Assembly (NCBI GenBank): GCA_025998755.1 | Contig: AP024674.1 | Location: 1,104,162 to 1,168,161 of the forward strand | DNA length: 64,000 bases | Direction: 5' to 3' | Source of the DNA: Armatimonadota bacterium | GTDB lineage: Bacteria; Armatimonadota; UBA5829; DSUL01 | In this document: positions 32,205-41,709 of the stretch, piece after piece | Layout: the number at the start of each line of letters is the position of its first letter | Position numbering within the stretch: the stretch's first letter is position 1 | The notes under the pieces: model-generated | The model's input: only the letters and a program-made list of their open reading frames with translations | What the model was told of the DNA's origin: nothing | Databases searched by the model: none | Made by a program: the position numbers and the translations under genes

Positions 32205-33197
32205 CTAGCCGACGCGGTCCAGATCCTCCACGCGGCCGTCCAGAAGCGCCCGGACATTCGCGACACATCGCTCCGCCATCCGCCGGTTGGCCATGTCCGT
32301 GTTGCTGGAAACATGGGGGGTGAGGACGACGTTGGCCAGCGTCCGCAAATCTTTTCCCGGAGCGCGGGGCACATAAGGCTCATTCTCGAACACGTCCAGA
32401 GCCGCCCCCGCAAGTCTGCCTTCGGCCAGCGCGTCGAACAGGGCGTCCTCATCCACGATACCACCGCGCGAGGTGTTCACCAGGAACGCATCCGGGCGCA
32501 TCAGGGCAAGCTGCCGGCTGCCGATCAGAGCGCGCGTGCTTTCCACGAGAGGGACGTGCAGACTGACGAACGACGCCTGCGCAAGAGCCTCGTCCAGGGA
32601 AGTCGTGTAGGCCGTGCGCACCCCGGAGCGATCCGCAAGTTCCTCCAGAAACTGCGCGTGTGCGGCGGGCGGCGTCACGGCGCAGGCCAGAATATCCATC
32701 CCGAAGCCCATCGCCGCAATGCGCGCGGTCTCCTTCGCGATGCGCCCGAACCCCACCATAGCCAACAGTTTGCCGCGAAGCTCCACCCCCCGCTCCGGGG
32801 CCCAATCACCCGCCTTAAGACCGGCGGATAGCCGCGGCACCCCGCGGGCCAACGCGCAGACCAGTCCCATGGCGTGCTCGGCGACCGAGACGTCCAGCAC
32901 GCCGGGCGTGTTCGTGACCAGGATGCCGCGCGATGCTGCCAGCGCCTTGTCCACCCCGTCGTGCCCCACTCCGAACCGCGCGATAAGTCCTCCCGAGGGA
33001 AGGGCATCATAAAGCGCCCCTTGATATTTCCGGACACCAATGATGACGGCTCTGGCGCCGCACCGGCGGACAGTCCCCGCGAGCGAGTCTTCCTCATCCG
33101 GAGCCGATAGGAACGTGACATCCTCTGCGGAGAGACTCTCGAACACATCCCGCCCTTTGTCGTATTCGGGGGCGGTGACAGGGACCAGATGAGTCAA
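32205..33197 (-). CDS. D-isomer-specific 2-hydroxyacid dehydrogenase
   Basis: RFGVGHD, VTNTPG, GFGRIA, LVNTSRG, AALDVFENEP and LTPHVS. Confidence 0.9.
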   Translation of the reverse strand: MTHLVPVTAPEYDKGRDVFESLSAEDVTFLSAPDEEDSLAGTVRRCGARAVIIGVRKYQGALYDALPSGGLIARFGVGHDGVDKALAASRGILVTNTPGVLDVSVAEHAMGLVCALARGVPRLSAGLKAGDWAPERGVELRGKLLAMVGFGRIAKETARIAAMGFGMDILACAVTPPAAHAQFLEELADRSGVRTAYTTSLDEALAQASFVSLHVPLVESTRALIGSRQLALMRPDAFLVNTSRGGIVDEDALFDALAEGRLAGAALDVFENEPYVPRAPGKDLRTLANVVLTPHVSSNTDMANRRMAERCVANVRALLDGRVEDLDRVG

Positions 33198-33991
33198 CGC
33201 GCGCCCTCCCGTGCCCTTGCGGCTTCCCTGGCGGCGGTCGTAAGAACGCGCGTTCCGTGTTGTAGCAGCGTGACATCCAGGCTGAGGGCGATCAGGTTGA
33301 AACCTTCGGAAAGCCGCGCCCGGACCTCATCCGGGTCGGGCTGCACCACGTGCACGCCGGCAAGCTTCCCCCGCTGACGGCAAGCGTTCAGACACCGGTT
33401 GCGGGCCTCCTGCATCAGGGGATGATCGAACTCGCCAAGCACGCCGTAACTGCCGGAAAGGTCGTAAGGACCGATGAAGATGCCATCCACCCCCGGCACA
33501 TCCAGGATGGCATCCACATTCTCCACGCCGGATGCGGTCTCGATCTGGACGATCAGGGACAGTGCCCGGTTGGCATCGGCGAGGCAGGCTGGGGAAATAC
33601 GCTCACCGAAATCGTTCGCCGGGGCATAGCCGATTCCGCGCTCGCCTTCCGGCGGATATTTCGCAATCCGCGCCGCGGAGGCCGCTTCACCGGCATCGTT
33701 CACCAAGGGTATGATCAGGCCCCGGAATCCCACATCCAGAGCCCGCCGGATCCAAATAAGGTCGTTGTGCGGGATGCGGGCAAGCGGAACGCATCCCCCA
33801 CCCTCCAGGATGCGCGCCAGCGCCAGGCACTGCGAGATGTCCACCGCCCCATGCTCCAGATCCACCGCCACCCAGTCCAGCCCGGCGCCCGCCAGGATCT
33901 GAGCGACACCCGGATGTCCGATCTGCATCCATCCGCCGAAGCTGGCCTCGCCCGGTCCGAGCCTGCGTCTGATCCCCGCAACACGCTGCAT
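33194..33991 (-). CDS. HpcH/HpaI family aldolase
   Basis: DWVAVDLEHG, KYPPEGERG, VQIET and GIFIGPYDLS. Confidence 0.9.
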   Translation of the reverse strand: MQRVAGIRRRLGPGEASFGGWMQIGHPGVAQILAGAGLDWVAVDLEHGAVDISQCLALARILEGGGCVPLARIPHNDLIWIRRALDVGFRGLIIPLVNDAGEAASAARIAKYPPEGERGIGYAPANDFGERISPACLADANRALSLIVQIETASGVENVDAILDVPGVDGIFIGPYDLSGSYGVLGEFDHPLMQEARNRCLNACRQRGKLAGVHVVQPDPDEVRARLSEGFNLIALSLDVTLLQHGTRVLTTAAREAARAREGAR

Positions 33992-34239
33992 CCGCGAACC
34001 CTTCCGTTTCCCTGAAGTCGCGGGGACACAATATCCCACCCAGGCGCGCCCGTGCAAGGTGCGGGAAAGACAACCGGGAATCTCTTCCAGACAGAAGGCG
34101 TGCCCGGGTGATTTGAATCCAGGACGGCGAAAGTGACAGCAACCTGGCGGCCTTCCGATCCTCTCCGCAGCGAGCGCGTCCGGCCAGCCCGGTCCCAAGG
34201 AGGAGGCGATTTGGGGTAAAATGGGCTCTGCCCCGATGC

Positions 34240-34327
34240 GGAGAGGTGCCCGAGTGGTTTAAGGGAACGGTCTTGAAAACCGTCCTGGCGCCTGTCGCCA
34301 GCGTGGGTTCGAATCCCACCCTCTCCG
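34240..34327 (+). tRNA. tRNA-Ser (TGA), CCA not encoded
   Basis: GGAGAGG/CCTCTCC acceptor stem, ACGGT-CTTGAAA-ACCGT anticodon arm, long variable arm and GGTTCGAATCC T-loop. Confidence 0.95.
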
Positions 34328-35042
34328 CTGGTTTCTTTTCTGACACGTCTTCTCGCCACCCTGGAATTCTCTCTCAACCTTGCGGATGAGAGGCCGCCGG
34401 CGGCCACGTAACCCAACCAACCCGTCAAGAGCTTTCTGTAATACAACAGCAATGGCAGGAACCAGACAGAATGGGCCAATGCCAGCTTTTCGACGAGGGG
34501 GCAACTGGAAGGTCACCAAGCCTTCGAGACGGGTTTAGGAGCACGGGCGAGGGCGACATCCGCAGAACCTATCTCACCGCTTCCCAGTATTGCGCAGCGA
34601 CCCAGGTAGATGAAGCACTGGGCTAAGTGTGTCCGGTATGCGTTGAGCGTCTGTCGAGAGCCTTCGCAATCGTCTCTCAAGCCACCGATGGACCGCAAGA
34701 CTTGGGTATCTTCTTTATCCCGAACACCCGGCCCGCCTCCAAGCCCAACCTTCTCCATCACAAGCCGAGGCTTGTCCGACCGTATTAGGTATGAGATCGG
34801 GGTCTTGATGTGCTGAACACCAGCACACTTGGCCAAGGGGAGAGTTGAAAAAACCGCGGACTTTTTGGAGTTCCTGAAATGGCCGAGGAGGAGTGAGGAA
34901 CGCGGACAGCTAAATTCGTGCATAAAACGGTCCGCCAGTGGGCATCCGCAGCTCGCCCAAGTATCCGCATCAGCGGCTGTTAACTTACTGGCCTGGCCTT
35001 GGCCGGCCCGACATACAGGCGGCACACTATGAGGAGGGGGAT

Positions 35043-36392
35043 ATGACTCACTCTGAAGAGGTTCTTTCTCCGGATTTTGAGTTGTTCGGGCTGAAACGGT
35101 CCGGTTCCGGAGCCGTCACACCACCTGCCCCACCGCAACGGGAGACCATCTCACTTGAGCTGAGCCTGATCACGCCGATGTTCGGCGGCGGCGCCGTGGC
35201 AGGACAGGTGGACCCCGACAGGCCTGTAAATGCAAAGTCCATCCGCGGACACCTGCGATTCTGGTGGCGAGCCTGCTACGCCGGCCAGTTCGATTCGGCG
35301 GAGCTCATGTTCCAGCGTGAGGCTGAGATCTGGGGTGCCGCCGGTGAGTATGGGGCCGATGGCAAGCCTGTGCTCGGGCAGGGGGCGGTCGACCTTGAGG
35401 TGGCAATCAAAGAGAAAGGACAACCCGTTCCCTGTGCCACCTATCGGAAACAAGAGCGCGCCACGTTCAATGATAAATATCCAGCATACGTTCTGTTCCC
35501 CTTTCAAGGCAAGCTCGCCAAAGACCGCTGCGTAATTGAGGTACCGCCAACGAAATGCCTGGAAAAACTAACATTCGCATTGCGGCTTAGCGTTCCCGGG
35601 GAAGTTCGGGAAGAGGTAGATTGTGCGCTTCGGGCGTGGATCCTTTTCGGGGGGGTGGGAGCCCGCACACGGCGCGGTTGCGGAGCTCTTGCCCGGGTAC
35701 CAGCGTCCGATGAATGGCTTCGCGGCTTCGACGACTTGTTTTCCCAGCACGGACCGGCGAAATGGGCAATGTTTCCACAGCTTGCAGGCTCCCGCGTGCT
35801 ACTCGGAGAGCAGCAGAACCATTTGCAGGCCTGGAGCACAGCAGTCAACCTGATGCGGGATTTCCGCCAGAGACCGGACTTTGCCCGCAATCCCGGAGAC
35901 AATCGCCCGGGCCGCAGTCGCTGGCCAGAACCAGATAGCATCCGCGACGTCAGGAGGCGATGGGCACCAGGCCACGAACCCACTCACCCCGCACGTCCGT
36001 TCTATCCCCGCGCGGATTTAGGTCTGCCTATTGTCTTTCATTTCAAAGATGGCAACAGAGGAGATCCCCAAGACCCTGACCCCACGCTGGAGGCAGCAGG
36101 AGAAGACAAGACGAGAATGGCCTCAGCTATCATTCTCAAACCTGTAGCTATATCCGAGAGCCTGTCCGTTCCGCTGGTTCTGCTGCTCAACACACCGCAT
36201 ATTTACGATGAGGCAGCACCGGGGGCCAAGCTAAAGGAAGTGCGCGGACAATCTATTGCAAGAACTGAGCTCTTAAATGAGACAAAGGCTGGCCTTGTGG
36301 CGCCGATGGACGGTGAGCCCGACGTGAGAAAGGCGTTCCTGAATTTCGCGAGAAACAACTTTCATGTAAAAAGGGAGGTGAAACTGGAGTGA
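35043..36392 (+). CDS. cmr1: Type III-B RAMP protein Cmr1
   Basis: LITPMFGGG, SIRGHLRFWWRA and FGGVGARTRRGCG. RBS GAGGAGGGG. Confidence 0.93.
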   Translation: MTHSEEVLSPDFELFGLKRSGSGAVTPPAPPQRETISLELSLITPMFGGGAVAGQVDPDRPVNAKSIRGHLRFWWRACYAGQFDSAELMFQREAEIWGAAGEYGADGKPVLGQGAVDLEVAIKEKGQPVPCATYRKQERATFNDKYPAYVLFPFQGKLAKDRCVIEVPPTKCLEKLTFALRLSVPGEVREEVDCALRAWILFGGVGARTRRGCGALARVPASDEWLRGFDDLFSQHGPAKWAMFPQLAGSRVLLGEQQNHLQAWSTAVNLMRDFRQRPDFARNPGDNRPGRSRWPEPDSIRDVRRRWAPGHEPTHPARPFYPRADLGLPIVFHFKDGNRGDPQDPDPTLEAAGEDKTRMASAIILKPVAISESLSVPLVLLLNTPHIYDEAAPGAKLKEVRGQSIARTELLNETKAGLVAPMDGEPDVRKAFLNFARNNFHVKREVKLE

Positions 36393-38128
36393 CATACCTT
36401 GTATCCATCTCAATCGGGCCAGTACAGGATTTCATCGCGGCGGCCAGGAAGACCCGGGATCTCTGGGCAGGTTCTTATCTGCTCAGCGAGATATCCCGCG
36501 CGGCAGCTCAGGCGCTGGCCGATAAACAGTGCCAGCTGGTCTATCCCTCCCGTGCGACCGTCGTAAATAGAGATCTTTCCATACCTAACAAGATTCTGGC
36601 CATCGCACCGCAGGGTTCCTCTCCGGCAGACCTAGCCAAAGAAGCATCCAATGCCGCCGAGGAGAAATTGTTCGAGTTCCTTGATGCTGCGCTCGAAAAA
36701 GTCCGTACCGAATATCCTGAGATTGATGTAAAAGTCTGTCAAAGCCAGGTTGAGACCTTTTTGGAGCTCTACGCGGCCTGGTGGCCAATGAAGGACGGCA
36801 ATCTCGTGGAAGCCCGCGAACAGGTGGAAGAGCTAATGGCCGGGCGCAAGGCGCTCCGGGACTTCGCACAGTCGGCAAGCAGCGCCGGCGTTCCGAAGAG
36901 CAGCCTGGACCCCGGCCGGGACGCAGTGCTTGATGGCCGTAAGGTTCGGGAACACCGTACGGGACAGGAACATAACCTGGACATCAAGCAAGGCGAGATG
37001 CTGGATGCGATATCCCTCACGAAGCGCTTCGGCCCTGCCCAGCGTTTTGTATCCACCGCGAGAGTTGCCGCCGACCCTCTGATCCGTAGAATGAAAGGAT
37101 CGCCAACTCTGGAGGAGCTGCGGGGACTCGCAGAGGAGATGCTAAAGCAGAAGAGTCAGCTCTGCACATCATTCTCCCCCGAGTCTTTCCCGCAATATGC
37201 TGAGTTCCCGTACGACACATCTCTGTTTTTCAGTGAAGGGCGAGAGGAGGTAGCCGAGGATCCGGCAAAGGACCTGGTCCCAGACTTCACGCATGTGCTG
37301 GGTCGCTTTCTTCGTGATAACGAACTGCCATCTCAGTTGCCAGCCTACTACGCAATACTGGCGGCCGACGGCGACAATATGGGGAAAGTGGTCTCGGAAA
37401 AGGCGTGCTCCGGAGGACTTAAGGAGCTGGAGGAGTTTTCCAAGGTCTTGTCGAAATTCAGCGCGAACGTCCGGGAAATCGTCGAAAACCAGCATAACGG
37501 AGCCCTTGTCTATGGGGGCGGAGATGATGTGCTGGCGTTCCTCCCTCTGGACAGAGCCCTGCCCTGCGCGAATGCTCTCCGGCAGGAGTTCAGCAACTTG
37601 ACTGGGTGCACAATGTCGGTCGGCATCGCGATCGCTCACTACGCTGCCCCGTTGCAGACCGCCGTTCGGTGGGCTCGGGAAGCAGAGCGAGACGCCAAGG
37701 CGCAATCGGGCAAGAATGCGCTCGCCGTCCACCTGCACACGCGCACAGCCGGAGAAGAGCACATCGCGGCCAGGCACAGTTGGGATGATGACCCGGTCAA
37801 CCGCTGGGATCTCTGGACCACGATGCTGGATGAGCGGAAACTCCCATCCCAGGCAGCATATCACTTGCGCCAACTGGCGTGCGAGTTCAACGGGATAATG
37901 GCGAGCGACGTTCTTTACAAGGAGGCTGAACGGATCCTGAAACGCAAGCGCGCGGACTCCGGAACCGAGGAGCTTGACCAGGATGCTGTCGCAAATATTC
38001 TGAGGTTTGCCGGAGGGAAGAACAACATGAGCGCACAGTCCCTTCACGGCGCTGTTAACGAGATCCTGATAGCCCGGAAGATCGTGCCAGCACTAACGTT
38101 GACACGTCAAAAAGGAGAGCAGGAATGA
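36389..38128 (+). CDS. cas10: Cas10/Cmr2 without HD domain, cyclase motif intact
   Basis: Starts directly at ISIGPVQDFIAAARKTRDLW; contains ADGDNMG and LVYGGGDD. 579 aa. Confidence 0.95.
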   Translation: MTYLVSISIGPVQDFIAAARKTRDLWAGSYLLSEISRAAAQALADKQCQLVYPSRATVVNRDLSIPNKILAIAPQGSSPADLAKEASNAAEEKLFEFLDAALEKVRTEYPEIDVKVCQSQVETFLELYAAWWPMKDGNLVEAREQVEELMAGRKALRDFAQSASSAGVPKSSLDPGRDAVLDGRKVREHRTGQEHNLDIKQGEMLDAISLTKRFGPAQRFVSTARVAADPLIRRMKGSPTLEELRGLAEEMLKQKSQLCTSFSPESFPQYAEFPYDTSLFFSEGREEVAEDPAKDLVPDFTHVLGRFLRDNELPSQLPAYYAILAADGDNMGKVVSEKACSGGLKELEEFSKVLSKFSANVREIVENQHNGALVYGGGDDVLAFLPLDRALPCANALRQEFSNLTGCTMSVGIAIAHYAAPLQTAVRWAREAERDAKAQSGKNALAVHLHTRTAGEEHIAARHSWDDDPVNRWDLWTTMLDERKLPSQAAYHLRQLACEFNGIMASDVLYKEAERILKRKRADSGTEELDQDAVANILRFAGGKNNMSAQSLHGAVNEILIARKIVPALTLTRQKGEQE

Positions 38129-39276
38129 CCACTGTTCTGCTTATCCAGCCGCGTGACCCGCTTCTGTTCCGCGATGGACGCCCCTTCACCGCCGACCCTG
38201 GCGCGATGGCGCGGTCGCTGGACTGGCCGATGCCTTCCACAGTGGCGGGAGCTGTGCGCACGCTGATCGGTAACGCAAACGGGTTCGCCTGGCAGCAAGA
38301 CGGCCCGCATCTGGCCTTGCAGATCCGTATCCGGGGCCCGTTGGCTGTTGTGGAAGGCAAAGACGGAAAGTGCCGCATTTATGTGGCCGCTCCTGCGGAC
38401 GTCCTGTGGTTCGAGGATGGCAAAACATGCGAGGTTCTGCGGCCGCTCAGAACTCTGCCCGAAGGGGCTGGGTGTACGATGCCCGCTGGACTGATGCCGG
38501 TGAGCGTGAGCGCCAGAGAGAAGCCCTACACGCGGATCGCGAGCTGGCCGATGGATTCGATGCTCTCCTTCCTGCTGGAAGGCAAGGTGCCTGATGCGAA
38601 CGAGTGCATTGAGCGCTTCCCGCGGGAGGCTCGCACGCACGTCCGGATGAACGCACAGACTCTAACGGCAGACCCTGGCGGTCTGTTCTCGACGGAGTCG
38701 CTATGCATCCCCGATGTAACGATCCAACGGACAAACGCACGCCGCACCGGCCTGCTTGTTCAGATAGTGTCAGACTGCGACGTTCCCCAGAACTGCTTTT
38801 TCCCGTTGGGCGGCGAACGGCGTGCCGCGATAGCGATGGAAGCTCATGGGCAGTGGCCGGAGCCGCCCGGAGAGTGGGTGGAGAAGCTGGCGAAAACCGT
38901 GTCCGGGAAGAAACGGATCAAGCTCCAGCTGGTAACGCCGGCGGTGTTTGCCAACGGATGGCGTCCGGGTTGGATCGGAGATGACCTGACTGGAACCGTA
39001 CCTGGAACAGGGATCCAGGTGAAGCTTGTCAGCGCGTGCGTCCCCCGCCCTATCGGCTTCAGTGGGTGGGACTACAAAGAGGGCAAACCCAAAGCGGCAA
39101 GCTACGCCGCGCCTGCGGGAAGCGTGTACTTTTTTGAGATCACGGGTGGTGATGTGGATAAGGAGGAACTCGGCAAGTTATTCCTGGCGCCGCTCTGTGA
39201 CGAGTCTCGATTCAGTAACGATGGTTTTGGCCTGGCGTTGCCGGGTATGTGGGATTACGCCGGAGAGGCACAGTGA
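38125..39276 (+). CDS. cmr3: Type III-B protein Cmr3
   Basis: PRDPLLFRDGRPF, LGGERR, SGWD, PAGSVYF and DGFG. Confidence 0.94.
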   Translation: MTTVLLIQPRDPLLFRDGRPFTADPGAMARSLDWPMPSTVAGAVRTLIGNANGFAWQQDGPHLALQIRIRGPLAVVEGKDGKCRIYVAAPADVLWFEDGKTCEVLRPLRTLPEGAGCTMPAGLMPVSVSAREKPYTRIASWPMDSMLSFLLEGKVPDANECIERFPREARTHVRMNAQTLTADPGGLFSTESLCIPDVTIQRTNARRTGLLVQIVSDCDVPQNCFFPLGGERRAAIAMEAHGQWPEPPGEWVEKLAKTVSGKKRIKLQLVTPAVFANGWRPGWIGDDLTGTVPGTGIQVKLVSACVPRPIGFSGWDYKEGKPKAASYAAPAGSVYFFEITGGDVDKEELGKLFLAPLCDESRFSNDGFGLALPGMWDYAGEAQ

Positions 39277-39285
39277 GGAGATCCG

Positions 39286-40197
39286 ATGGGTAACGCGATT
39301 ATTTTCTTCCACGCTCTGACGCCCATTCACACGGGCACTGGGCAGGCGGTGGATGTTATCGATCTGCCGGTTGCCCGCGAGAAGGTGACAGGATGGCCTT
39401 ATATTCCTGGGTCGAGCATCAAAGGAGTCCTGCGGGACGCAGCCGAGAAGGGGGATAAGCACAAGCGGGCCTTCGGACCGGAGACAGAGAACGCGAAGGA
39501 ATCAGCTGGCAACCTGCTGTTCTGCGACGCCAGACTGCTGTGCTTTCCGGTGCGGTCTTTCAGTGGAACCTTCGCGTGGGTGACTTGCCCTTCTGCCATC
39601 ACGCGGCTCAGCAGGGATTGCGCGGCCGCTGGACTCGATGGGCCACCCCCCTTCACACTGCCGGAGAACTGGGAATTCGCCAGCGTCATTACTACTCCGC
39701 AGACCGCACTGCGAACGCAAAGGCAAAAAAATGGGAACGACGTACGCATCATCCTTGAGGAGTACGATCTTACACCCCTGGAGTACGATCTTACACCCCT
39801 GGAAGAGAACATCTCCAAGCTCGCGGACTTCATCGCTGGAAAAGTTTTTTCCGACAGCGCTTCGCGGGAGCATTTCCTGAAACGTTTTGCCCTGGTCCAC
39901 GACGATATGTTCAGCACTCTCACGGAAACTGCCACTGAGGTGGTTGCGCGCATTGCGCTGGATGAGCGGAAAAAAGTGGTCAAACAAGGCGCACTGTGGT
40001 ACGAGGAGGCAGTACCTGCAGAGGCGATATTCGTTAGCCCTCTCATCAACGCGGAGCGGAATCCCGAAGACGACCTGATCGCCGACTATCTCGTCAAGCA
40101 ACGACTTTCCCCGGTGCAGATCGGCGGGAACGCCAGTGTGGGAAGGGGCCTGGTTCGGATCGTGCTGAACGGCTCGGAGCTTAACGGAGGGCAGTAA
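39286..40197 (+). CDS. cmr4: Type III-B backbone RNase Cmr4
   Basis: HTGTG...IDLPVARE (catalytic Asp present), PGSSIKGVLR, LWYEE and QIGGNASVGRG. Confidence 0.95.
   Translation: MGNAIIFFHALTPIHTGTGQAVDVIDLPVAREKVTGWPYIPGSSIKGVLRDAAEKGDKHKRAFGPETENAKESAGNLLFCDARLLCFPVRSFSGTFAWVTCPSAITRLSRDCAAAGLDGPPPFTLPENWEFASVITTPQTALRTQRQKNGNDVRIILEEYDLTPLEYDLTPLEENISKLADFIAGKVFSDSASREHFLKRFALVHDDMFSTLTETATEVVARIALDERKKVVKQGALWYEEAVPAEAIFVSPLINAERNPEDDLIADYLVKQRLSPVQIGGNASVGRGLVRIVLNGSELNGGQ
39760..39801 (+). repeat. Perfect 21-bp tandem duplication in cmr4
   Basis: GAGTACGATCTTACACCCCTG x2, giving EYDLTPL-EYDLTPL. Confidence 0.9.
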
Positions 40198-40198
40198 T

Positions 40199-40645
40199 AT
40201 GAGCAGGCAGCTTGAACTGATGGGTCAGGCTATCGATCACATCAGGGCACAAGAAAACGGGGACGAAGAATTCCGCAGAATCTACGGGGGCCTCTATCAC
40301 AAACTGCCTGTGCTCATCAGGACGTGCGGGCTCTGTCAGGCTCTAGCGTTTGTGAACTCCAAGACACAAGCACAAGGTTCTAGAGGCTCCGCGCACAAGG
40401 CGGTGATGAGTGACGTCACGAACGTCCTGACGAAATTCTGTGGGGTGAGAGTCGCTGAGGACGACAAAGGGGATATCCTGGCCGTGATACGAGAGGAGCT
40501 GCAATCCTGGGAGTATGCTATGGCAACGCGCATCCTCCTGCAGTCTCTGGTCTTTCATAAGCGGTTTGCGGAATCCATCCTCGGAGTCGAGGCCTCGGAC
40601 TACTTGGCCGAGGACGAGCGGGTAGCGGAGATTCAGGTTCAATGA
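40199..40645 (+). CDS. cmr5: Type III-B small subunit Cmr5
   Basis: KLPVLIRTCGLCQALAF...KRFAES; lies between cmr4 and cmr6. Confidence 0.92.
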   Translation: MSRQLELMGQAIDHIRAQENGDEEFRRIYGGLYHKLPVLIRTCGLCQALAFVNSKTQAQGSRGSAHKAVMSDVTNVLTKFCGVRVAEDDKGDILAVIREELQSWEYAMATRILLQSLVFHKRFAESILGVEASDYLAEDERVAEIQVQ

Positions 40646-41688
40646 GGGATGTCCTTTCTAAGTACAAGACCTCCCACGCAGGTCTACTGCTGGAACGGCT
40701 TGTTCCAGACTTAAGCGATTCTTCCACAAAGCCCGAGAAGATCGCTTCGCTGATGAGTACTCTCGAAGACTGGTGCGGCTCCGATGATAACGGGAAACTT
40801 TATCAACACGCATTCAACTCACTCCAAGAGCAGCTCCAGCGCTTGCCGAACATTGTGCTGAAACAACTTAAAGTCACAGACCGGATCATCGTGGGTCTTG
40901 GCGCCGAAAATCCGATGGAAACTTCCATTACCCTGAATCGGTTGTTCGGGGTTCCTATTATCCCCGGATCGGCGTTGAAGGGTGTTGCCCGGAGATATGC
41001 CGAGATGTTCGAACCGGAGGATAAGGAAAGAAAGGGGGATCACACAAAGCAGATCCAGTTCCTGTTCGGCGACGTCAACTTCGGGGGCAGGATCACATTC
41101 TTCGATGCTTGGTGGGTGCCAGACCAACAAGAAAAACCGCTGTGCAAGGACGTGATCACTGTCCATCATCAGGAATACTACAGGACGAAGGGCAAGAAGC
41201 CGCCTACCGACTTCGACGACCCGAACCCCATGAGCTTCGTCAGCGCAAAGGGCACTTTCCTCTTCGCCGTACAGGGGCCTACCAAGGAATGGTCGCAGCT
41301 GGCGATGGCCCTCCTTCAGGGCGGACTCTGTCATCTCGGGGTCGGAGCGAAAACCAGCAGCGGCTACGGAAGGTTCCAGGACGATACGGCGGTGTTCGGT
41401 TCGTCAACGCAATCTGCTGGGCAAGCATCAAGCGCTGAGCCACTTATAGATCCTTCCGCTATGCCCGACGAAGCGCTAAAGACCGCTATTGAGAGTCTCT
41501 CTCGTGCGAATATGAAGGACTTACTACCAAAGTTCGCGGCCCGGTGGGACACCATTCAGAGCGATCACATGAAACGGCAGGTTGGGCAGATCATTAGAGA
41601 GAAATCTCGGATATCAGGTGTGAGCGGCCCATGGCTCAATCCCATCAACAACTTTCTACAAGGAAAGAGACCCAATCGCAGACGGTAG
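40642..41688 (+). CDS. cmr6: Type III-B RAMP protein Cmr6
   Basis: IVGLG, PIIPGSALKG, FFDA, DVITVHH and GVGAKTSSGYG. Confidence 0.94.
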   Translation: MRDVLSKYKTSHAGLLLERLVPDLSDSSTKPEKIASLMSTLEDWCGSDDNGKLYQHAFNSLQEQLQRLPNIVLKQLKVTDRIIVGLGAENPMETSITLNRLFGVPIIPGSALKGVARRYAEMFEPEDKERKGDHTKQIQFLFGDVNFGGRITFFDAWWVPDQQEKPLCKDVITVHHQEYYRTKGKKPPTDFDDPNPMSFVSAKGTFLFAVQGPTKEWSQLAMALLQGGLCHLGVGAKTSSGYGRFQDDTAVFGSSTQSAGQASSAEPLIDPSAMPDEALKTAIESLSRANMKDLLPKFAARWDTIQSDHMKRQVGQIIREKSRISGVSGPWLNPINNFLQGKRPNRRR

Positions 41689-41709
41689 TGTCGCTAGGTT
41701 ATTACGAAT

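Noticed and set aside
34328-35042. ORFs and possible integrase or att remnant after tRNA-Ser
   Set aside because: No recognisable protein motif and no duplicated tRNA 3' end found by eye.
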